Assembly (NCBI GenBank): GCA_043822305.1
Contig: JBDRBU010000033.1
Location: 1-6,337, forward strand
Direction of reading: 5' to 3'
DNA: 6,337 nt
Source: Candidatus Firestoneibacteriota bacterium
GTDB lineage: Bacteria > Oederibacteriota > D2-FULL-39-29 > JBDRBU01
Under the pieces are notes generated by a model. The model was not told the DNA's origin. It saw nothing but the letters and a program-made list of their open reading frames with translations, and did no database searches. Below are positions 1 through 5,935 of the stretch, one piece after another. The first letter of the stretch is position 1. Every line of letters begins with the position of its first letter. A program made the translations under genes and the position numbers.

Positions 1-142
1 AGTTTATAAACTACTTTTGTCAAGATTTATTTCTTAATAATATTTTGCTTTTCTATTTATATTCCTTTTCAAATATTATTTAAAGAATGATTACTTAAGC
101 ACCATTTGATCAATCTTCTATAGTATCTACCAGGAGGTAAAT

Positions 143-253
143 ATGACCTCGAACTACTCATATAAAGGACTACTTCAAACCCTCGATTCCTATACCCCCC
201 AAATCCATCCCTCAATCCGAAATATAGCCTACCAACCTAAATTATATTCCTGA
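143..253 (+). CDS. Possible small ORF, 36 aa (MTSNYSYKGLLQTLDSYTPQIHPSIRNIAYQPKLYS), unknown function
   Basis: Strong SD AGGAGGT at 132-138, 4 nt before ATG 143; open to TGA 251-253. Below the ORF-track cutoff; no recognisable motif. Confidence 0.3.
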   Translation: MTSNYSYKGLLQTLDSYTPQIHPSIRNIAYQPKLYS

Positions 254-506
254 GAATCAAAATTTTCGCCTTTCATATTTTCCCCCTCAAAATAAACATT
301 TTTATCACTTATAAATAAAAAATATTTTAAAAATATTATTTTAACTTTGAAAAAAATAAACAAACATTTTTACAAAATTATTTTTCCTACAACAAAATAA
401 TTTTTTTCTAATAAGATTCAAAAAAAAATTAAAAATATTTTATAGAATTTTTTAGATTATAAAATTTTTGTTTTAAACCAAATCAAAAGTAAAACCTTAT
501 TTTCCC

Positions 507-534
507 TTGCTTTCTATTCCCTTATTTATATAAT
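507..534 (+). promoter_or_regulatory. Putative sigma70-type promoter for the TOPRIM-histone-HU cluster (probably leaderless)
   Basis: TTGCTT 507-512, 16-nt spacer, perfect TATAAT 529-534. ATG 542 follows after 7 nt, with no SD upstream. Preceded by a long A/T-tract region. Confidence 0.5.
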
Positions 535-541
535 TCCTTTT

Positions 542-1621
542 ATGAATATTAAAAAATCTGATACAGTAAATCCCGAACTCTCTTCCAAATTTCATAGCTT
601 GTTATTACAAAGCTGGAGACCAACCCTAAAAGAAATCCAAAAACAAAAAGCAATACCAATTGATGTTCGATTACGTAGAGAAGGAATTTATTATTATGAA
701 GAAATAATTCATCTCCAGCCAAAAGAATGGTTAATTAAAGAATTTGGTCCAGGACAAGATTATCCGGTCAATATCAGTAGACTTATGAAAAATATTATCT
801 GGCAAATCCGGACCAGGATTATTCAAAAACAACAACCACCTGTAAAAGGACTTATCCGATCCTTCTGGTATGCATACATCAAACCTGTCCTATCAAGAAC
901 AAATTCCCTAAACCAGAAGGTTGATCAATATCCACAAATGATTCAAATGTTTGCCAGGCTGGTCCAATATTTAGATCTTATGCGTTATAAAGATATCGGA
1001 TTCACAGACGATAATCAAAGCGATAGAAAAATAGGAATAAATAATCACATAATTTTATTTGCAGAAAAAGCCGGACATTATCCATTACTCCAGCAAATTG
1101 CAGAAAATTCCGAAGTAACTATTATCTCTTTAGGTGGACAACCTTCAATCCTTAGTGCAGAATATTTTGTTGATAAAATGAAAGCCCAGGGAATAGATAT
1201 CCGAAAATCATTTTATACCTTTAGCTTAGTAGATTATGATCCCAGTGGCTGGATTATAAAAAATGCATTCTTAAATGACCTCAATTTCTTCGGATTAAAA
1301 CATATAAAGCGTACAGATCTTATCCTATTGAAAATGTTCAGTAAAGAGGAAATAGAATCCAGTAAATACCTTGTTCCTGATCCTAAAGAAATGAAGATAA
1401 AAAACAGAAACTGGCTCAAAGAATCAGGAGGAATAAACGGTGAACTCTATGGACTTGAAGCTGATGCTGCCCCTTTAGAAAGAATAGAACAATTGTTTAA
1501 TTCATATATTCAGAATTTAATTGAATCAACGGAAGATATCAGAAAAGGAAGAGCTCTCTTTTCTGTAGCCCAATCCTTAGACGAATATGTTTTAGCCAGA
1601 TTAAGAACACAGGAGAAATAA
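542..1621 (+). CDS. Spo11/topoisomerase VI subunit A-like protein (winged helix with candidate catalytic Tyr + TOPRIM domain), 359 aa
   Basis: LIRSFWY (R106, Y110) resembles the RxxYY motif of Top6A/Spo11. IILFAEK (E175-K176), SLGGQPS (GxP), LVDYDPSG (DxD, D231/D233) and GLEADA (E306) follow the motif order of Top6A/JetD-like TOPRIM domains. Confidence 0.8.
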   Translation: MNIKKSDTVNPELSSKFHSLLLQSWRPTLKEIQKQKAIPIDVRLRREGIYYYEEIIHLQPKEWLIKEFGPGQDYPVNISRLMKNIIWQIRTRIIQKQQPPVKGLIRSFWYAYIKPVLSRTNSLNQKVDQYPQMIQMFARLVQYLDLMRYKDIGFTDDNQSDRKIGINNHIILFAEKAGHYPLLQQIAENSEVTIISLGGQPSILSAEYFVDKMKAQGIDIRKSFYTFSLVDYDPSGWIIKNAFLNDLNFFGLKHIKRTDLILLKMFSKEEIESSKYLVPDPKEMKIKNRNWLKESGGINGELYGLEADAAPLERIEQLFNSYIQNLIESTEDIRKGRALFSVAQSLDEYVLARLRTQEK

Positions 1622-1622
1622 T

Positions 1623-1985
1623 ATGTCAAATAATTCAGTATCTGTTACAAAACCATTTACACTTAATACATTCATGAAACAAACAACAAAACTTAAAATA
1701 ACCGCTGATGTGCTTGATGATTTTATAAAAGCCTTAGATGAATTAGTTATAAAAATAACTCAAACCTCTGAAGCCTTAGCAATAAAAGAAGATAGAAAAA
1801 CAATAATGCCTCAGGATTTAGAAAAAGCATTAAAAGAAACTTTAGAAAAAGGCCCCCTTACCGTAGATGAACTTACAAAAAAAATAGAACCATTAAGTAT
1901 AATTGAATTAACAGACTTGTCAGAGAAAATAAAGAAAATGGCAGAGGATCTTCTAAAACCAAAACAAGCAAAAAGAAAGAAATAA
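1623..1985 (+). CDS. Prokaryotic histone-fold protein with C-terminal helical extension and basic tail, 120 aa
   Basis: Short helix (TLNTFMKQ), loop KIT, long amphipathic helix (about aa 28-56), then RKTIMPQD (R58-K-T...D65), the RKTxxxxD signature of HMf-type histone folds, and helix LEKAL. SD AGGAGA at 1611-1616; ATG lies 1 nt after the upstream stop. Confidence 0.85.
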   Translation: MSNNSVSVTKPFTLNTFMKQTTKLKITADVLDDFIKALDELVIKITQTSEALAIKEDRKTIMPQDLEKALKETLEKGPLTVDELTKKIEPLSIIELTDLSEKIKKMAEDLLKPKQAKRKK

Positions 1986-2007
1986 ATCCAATTTGAATTT
2001 CTTATCT

Positions 2008-2040
2008 TATCCCCCTCTTATCTAAGAGGGGATAGGGGAG
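2008..2040. repeat. Short GC-rich palindromic element (REP/small-dispersed-repeat-like hairpin)
   Basis: CCCCTCTTA (2012-2020) / TAAGAGGGG (2023-2031) perfect 9-bp inverted repeat, extendable with TAT/ATA around a bulge, followed by ATAGGGGAG; no U-tract on the + strand. Confidence 0.55.
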
Positions 2041-2053
2041 TTATATAGCATAG

Positions 2054-2335
2054 ATGAACCACAAAGAATTAACCAAAAAAATATCTTTAAAATTTCATCT
2101 CCGACTTTATTTTTCAGAGCAACTCCTAAACCAAATCTATACCGAAATAACCCAAGAACTACTTAGAAAAAAAAGAGTCTATCTAAGAGCGCTTGGCACT
2201 TTTAATTCCCTTCACCGCCCCGCCAGACGATATTATGATCCAAAAACAAAAAAATTCAAAACCAGACCCGCTTACGATGATGTGATCTTCCGCCCAGCAA
2301 AACAACTTCTAAATAAATTTAGAATACATTTATAA
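2054..2335 (+). CDS. HU/IHF-family DNA-binding protein (divergent), 93 aa
   Basis: MNHKEL...IS start, RVYLRALGTF (cf. V.l.GFGTF), RPARRYYDPKT (cf. R.AR.GRNP.T), RPA...VIFRPAKQL (cf. IPA...P.F.PGK.L); length typical for the family. Confidence 0.9.
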   Translation: MNHKELTKKISLKFHLRLYFSEQLLNQIYTEITQELLRKKRVYLRALGTFNSLHRPARRYYDPKTKKFKTRPAYDDVIFRPAKQLLNKFRIHL

Positions 2336-2344
2336 TATTTTATC

Positions 2345-2376
2345 TTGACAAAATATGTAATTACATTATAATTACA
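2345..2376 (+). promoter_or_regulatory. Sigma70-type promoter of the TA operon with overlapping palindromic operator
   Basis: TTGACA 2345-2350, 16-nt spacer, TATAAT 2367-2372. Perfect palindrome ATGTAATTACAT 2355-2366 plus near-copy TATAATTACA 2367-2376. SD GAGGTGA at 2380-2386. Confidence 0.8.
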
Positions 2377-2393
2377 GTAGAGGTGATGATATT

Positions 2394-2645
2394 ATGAAAG
2401 CAAATATAATTCCTATAGGAAATTCAAGAGGAATCAGAATACCAAAAACATTATTTGAACAATGCCATATTGGGAAAATAGTAGAATTAGAAATTAAAGG
2501 GAAAAATATTGTTATTAAACCTATCAAACAAAAGCCAAGAAAAAATTGGGATGAAGCTTTTCTAAAAATGCATGAAAATAAAGATGATCAACTTATTATT
2601 GATGATAACATTGATTTAGATACGGAGGATTGGGAATGGAAATAA
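2394..2645 (+). CDS. mazE: AbrB/MazE/SpoVT-family antitoxin, 83 aa
   Basis: N-terminal IGNSRGIRIPK swapped-hairpin motif, acidic C-terminus, directly upstream of and overlapping a PemK toxin. Confidence 0.92.
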   Translation: MKANIIPIGNSRGIRIPKTLFEQCHIGKIVELEIKGKNIVIKPIKQKPRKNWDEAFLKMHENKDDQLIIDDNIDLDTEDWEWK

Positions 2646-2959
2646 ATCAATATGATGTTTTTTTGGTTGGATTGGATCCTACTATTGGACATGAAATAAA
2701 AAAATCCCGCCCTTGTATTATAATTTCACCAAATGAGATAAATAAAAATATTTCAACAGTAATCATTGCACCTATGACAACAAAATCACATTCATATCCC
2801 ACAAGAGTTCCTATTAAATTTAAAGGAAAAGATGGTTGGATTTTATTAGATCAAATACGAACAATAGATAAAAGAAGATTAATTAAACAACTAGGGAAAA
2901 TAGAACATAATACTATCACCCAAATAAAGTCTGTTATAAAAGAAATGTTAGTAGATTAA
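2636..2959 (+). CDS. mazF: PemK/MazF-family endoribonuclease toxin, 107 aa (start revised from TTG 2630 to ATG 2636)
   Basis: LDPTIGHEIKKSRPCIIISPN, VIIAPMTT and LLDQIRTIDKRRL are hallmark PemK/MazF motifs. SD GGAGGA at 2624-2629 lies 6 nt before ATG 2636; 10-nt overlap with the antitoxin. Confidence 0.95.
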   Translation: MEINQYDVFLVGLDPTIGHEIKKSRPCIIISPNEINKNISTVIIAPMTTKSHSYPTRVPIKFKGKDGWILLDQIRTIDKRRLIKQLGKIEHNTITQIKSVIKEMLVD

Positions 2960-3025
2960 TATATTCAAAAGAATAGTTAGTATAAACTTTAGTTGAAATA
3001 TTATTATATACTCTAAGGATTTAGA

Positions 3026-3499
3026 ATGAAATATATCCTTATAATATTTTTAGTGTTTATTTCTGTAATTGTTACTGTTTCTGCAGATGATCCAACAGTT
3101 GTTGCAGGATTTGTTCTTGGTCCTGGTATTTCATATATGAACGGGAATAATACAGGATACGGTTTCGATATTCATTGCCAATTGATTATGTTTTCTGGTT
3201 CAATTGAATACTATAAATGGAATAAACAAGAAATAGTGAGAACTTATATGGGATTAGGTTTAGTTCAATTACTTCAATTTCAATTTGGATTTGGATATGG
3301 TGATACTCCATTTAGAATAAGATCTAACATTAATATAGTAGATTTATTTAGGAAGCGAGAAAATAATGCTCATCGCTTTCTTTATCCATCTGCAGGTGAA
3401 CAATGGGGAGGTTTTCCTAGATTATTCCCAATATTATCTTTAATGATAGATTTTGGAAAAACTCGTAGATATGGAGCAAGTCTTGGTATATTATTTTAA
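3026..3499 (+). CDS. Hypothetical exported protein, possibly a small outer-membrane beta-barrel, 157 aa
   Basis: Signal-peptide-like N-terminus (MKY + hydrophobic run + VSA/DD), Gly/aromatic alternating segments, C-terminal YGASLGILF with terminal Phe. SD-like AAGGA at about 3015-3019. Confidence 0.6.
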   Translation: MKYILIIFLVFISVIVTVSADDPTVVAGFVLGPGISYMNGNNTGYGFDIHCQLIMFSGSIEYYKWNKQEIVRTYMGLGLVQLLQFQFGFGYGDTPFRIRSNINIVDLFRKRENNAHRFLYPSAGEQWGGFPRLFPILSLMIDFGKTRRYGASLGILF

Positions 3500-3810
3500 A
3501 ATAGTAATTATTATCAATTTTTATTCTTTGTAGGTTTAACTCTACAAATTATAAAGAAAACTAAGAATTTAGAAAACCAATCTCCGCCCGCTACCATCCG
3601 CCTCATCCTCTGCCTGTTTCCTTTTATCTATTTTGTTTCATATCTCTTATTTCCCCCTTACCCATATTTTATCCTCTTCACTTCTCACGGCAGCCATTCG
3701 GCGTATGACAGCGAGCTGGGCGATGCACGTGAGACTCCCTCTTCGGCATCTCTAAACATCTATTAAATTATTATCACTGTCTCGGACAAGACATAATCTC
3801 CACCCGCCAA

Positions 3811-4055
3811 TCAGTAATCCGCAACAGTTTCCTACAATGTCCCGTGCCCTCCATTCAGTCGTTCCGTTTCGACAACTTATCACCACTTGCCATTTTATGG
3901 CAATTGGTTCGTGCTTGATGATAAAGGCAAGAAGCCTTTAACATCATTTTTCTTTTTGTGGGCTGCCTCAAAAAGAAAATCCGCACTGATAAATTGTCTC
4001 CACTACACTCCTATTTTTATTGATAGTTTTCTTTGTCTCGGTTGCGGATTACTGA
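3811..4055. repeat. Branched inverted-repeat domain I (non-coding)
   Basis: Closing 15-bp perfect IR TCAGTAATCCGCAAC 3811-3825 / 4041-4055. Inner stem 3871-3882 / 3987-3998 (one C-A mismatch) encloses hairpins 3887-3903, 3916-3946 and 3948-3979. Confidence 0.8.
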
Positions 4056-4079
4056 CCCCGCCCTACCACCCCTAAAGGT

Positions 4080-4384
4080 GTGAGCTTGTTTATATTATTT
4101 ATTTTAAGATGAAAAAGCTGCAAAGGAGAAATCACCCCCGACTAAATAAGTCGGGGTCGGGAGATGTCCGATAAGACCGGTCTTATCCGACATCCCCCTT
4201 GATTTCTCCCTTGCGACGTCAGAAAAACCAGCTTATCCTCGCCAAGAGACTCCGTCTCGCCAATGAGGTTTCACCTCGGCAGGAGACTCCGTCTCGGCAG
4301 AGTGATAAGCTGGTTTTTCTGATAAACATAAAAGTTTTTATGTTTACTTTTTCAAGAAAAAATAAATAATATAAACAAGCTCAC
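4080..4384. repeat. Branched inverted-repeat domain II (non-coding, cloverleaf-like)
   Basis: 26-bp perfect IR 4080-4105 / 4359-4384 plus 8-bp IR 4110-4117 / 4347-4354, enclosing three arms: 4120-4134 / 4200-4214 (sub-hairpins 4136-4156 and 4159-4198), 4219-4237 / 4304-4322 (19 bp perfect, three mini-hairpins inside) and 4323-4333 / 4336-4346. Confidence 0.9.
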
Positions 4385-4690
4385 TTACCTCCCACCCACC
4401 ACCCTTCAAGGGGTTCGCTCCAAATAGGAGCTCACAATCTTACTATGCATATAATTATCAAATCATCTCATCACCCCCTTTTACGCTTCGCAGTAGCTCC
4501 GCTTTTCGCCAGAGCCAAAGGCTCTGTCGTGAAAATCAAAAATGAAACTCTTGTCAGGACATAATTAGATTCAGGAGATAATACCATTACTCGACAATAA
4601 ATATGCTATTAAAACAAAACTGTAACCACATTTTTCCCTGCATCTTTCTCTAAATCACATACTTTCCCAAAATTATAGTTATTTTTTTCA

Positions 4691-4747
4691 TTGACAAAAT
4701 TAACTAATTTATATAGAATATCATCATAATCAGCAATTATATGATGA
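4691..4747 (+). promoter_or_regulatory. Sigma70-type promoter of the ATPase gene with downstream inverted repeat
   Basis: TTGACA 4691-4696, 17-nt spacer, TAGAAT 4714-4719. IR TCATCATA 4721-4728 / TATGATGA 4740-4747 spans the expected start site. SD GGAGG at 4781-4785. Confidence 0.7.
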
Positions 4748-4792
4748 CTTTGATTTATTTGATGAATAAATTTATAATCTGGAGGAATTAAA

Positions 4793-5935
4793 ATGAATCC
4801 ATTTACCCCCGGTCATACTGTTGATCCTCAGTTTTTTGCCGGCCGCAAAAAAGAAATAGAAAAATTTAAGATGTTTTTAAAAAATACCTGCCAGGGTAAT
4901 CCCATGAATATGGCTATCCTCGGTGAACGAGGTATAGGCAAATCTTCACTCTTGAGGACGTGTGAAAATCTTGCGAGGTCAGAACGATGTATTGTAGTGC
5001 GGGTGGACTTGGACGCAGCTATATCGACAATTAACGATCTGGTGATAACCATATTGCAAGAAATAAAACAAGAAGGCGGGGCTTATTCTAAGATCTTTAA
5101 GGCATCCGAAAAAGCAAAAAGATTTTTCGATACTTATAATATCTCTGCTGGGATTATGGGCGTTTCTTTAAGCCTGGATAGGCATAAACAGACTTTTTCT
5201 CATGAGGCGCGTTTAGAACTAAAGAAGGTTTGGAGGATAGTAAAAGAATACGTTCCGGCGATTGTAATTATGTTAGACGAAGCGGAACAACTTGAATATA
5301 TAGAAGGCTGCCTTCAATTCCTTAGAAATACTTTTTCTCGGATAACAGAAGAAAAAATGAACTTCATGTTGCTTTTATCAGGGAAGTTGAGCCTATTCCG
5401 TAAAATAAAAGAAATTCATTCACCTTTAGCCAGATTTTTTAATCCCGTCAGCCTATCTGAGTTGAATTCCGAGGAGAGCATTGAGGCTATCGAGAAACCC
5501 TTATCTTCTTCAAATTTTAAATTTACAGATGAAGTCAAAAACAAGATTGTTGAAGTAAGCCAAGGCCATCCTTATATCATACAACTTTTTGGATTCTATC
5601 TTTGCGAAAAGGCCACCTCTCAAATAATAAACGGGAATACCTATGAGGCATCCTTCCCCATGATTATGGACAGTCTATCAAAACAGCTCTTTGAAGATTA
5701 CTATCACTCCTCCAGTCCTCTGGAACAGAAGATACTAAGAGCTATTGCTGAAGAAAAGGAATCCGTCCTGGACTTCTCTTTAATAGTCAAAAAGGTCACA
5801 CAACCCCCTAATAAGGTATCCTATTTACTTAATCGTCTCTGCGAAAAGGATTGCCTAAAAAAGGTCTCCCGCGGTCATTACAGGCTTTTTCATAATTTGT
5901 TTAGGGAGTATTTGCGAGGTGAGGCGGATGCATAG
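4793..5935 (+). CDS. P-loop ATPase of the archaeal-ATPase/STAND-like type with C-terminal winged helix, 380 aa
   Basis: MNPFTPG...FAGRKKE N-terminus, Walker A GERGIGKS, Walker B IVIMLDEAE, GHPYIIQ (GxP motif), C-terminal wHTH-like segment (VSYLLNRLCEKDCLKKVSRGHYRL). Confidence 0.88.
   Translation: MNPFTPGHTVDPQFFAGRKKEIEKFKMFLKNTCQGNPMNMAILGERGIGKSSLLRTCENLARSERCIVVRVDLDAAISTINDLVITILQEIKQEGGAYSKIFKASEKAKRFFDTYNISAGIMGVSLSLDRHKQTFSHEARLELKKVWRIVKEYVPAIVIMLDEAEQLEYIEGCLQFLRNTFSRITEEKMNFMLLLSGKLSLFRKIKEIHSPLARFFNPVSLSELNSEESIEAIEKPLSSSNFKFTDEVKNKIVEVSQGHPYIIQLFGFYLCEKATSQIINGNTYEASFPMIMDSLSKQLFEDYYHSSSPLEQKILRAIAEEKESVLDFSLIVKKVTQPPNKVSYLLNRLCEKDCLKKVSRGHYRLFHNLFREYLRGEADA

Noticed and set aside
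1..23. Leftward promoter (TTGACA on the minus strand at 23-18) with palindrome AGTTTATAAACT at 1-12
   Set aside because: The matching -10 box and any gene would lie outside the window, so it cannot be supported.
1234..1419. 61-aa minus-strand ORF
   Set aside because: Antisense shadow wholly inside the motif-bearing TOPRIM gene; no recognisable features.
542..1621. Wadjet (jetABCD) or complete topoisomerase VI call
   Set aside because: No SMC/kleisin genes and no GHKL Top6B gene in the window.
2630..2635. TTG start of the toxin given in the ORF track
   Set aside because: The SD GGAGGA abuts this TTG but is properly spaced for ATG 2636.
3887..4075. 62-aa + strand ORF
   Set aside because: TTG start, no SD, lies across the nested inverted repeats; its composition reflects the hairpins rather than a protein.
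4246..4296. Repeated GAGACTCCGTCTCG as a mini-CRISPR array
   Set aside because: Only two 14-nt copies, 23 nt apart, embedded in a larger stem; no cas genes.
4080..4384. Firm call as an IS/MITE with 26-bp terminal inverted repeats
   Set aside because: No exact target-site duplication at the flanks, no transposase, and the interior is itself fully paired; kept only as an alternative hypothesis.
3680..4540. Group II intron, retron msr-msd, tRNA, tmRNA or RNase P identity for the structured region
   Set aside because: I found no domain V, T-loop or RNase P P4 signature on either strand, and there is no reverse transcriptase in the window.
4828..5052. 74-aa minus-strand ORF
   Set aside because: Antisense to the Walker A region of the ATPase; shadow ORF.
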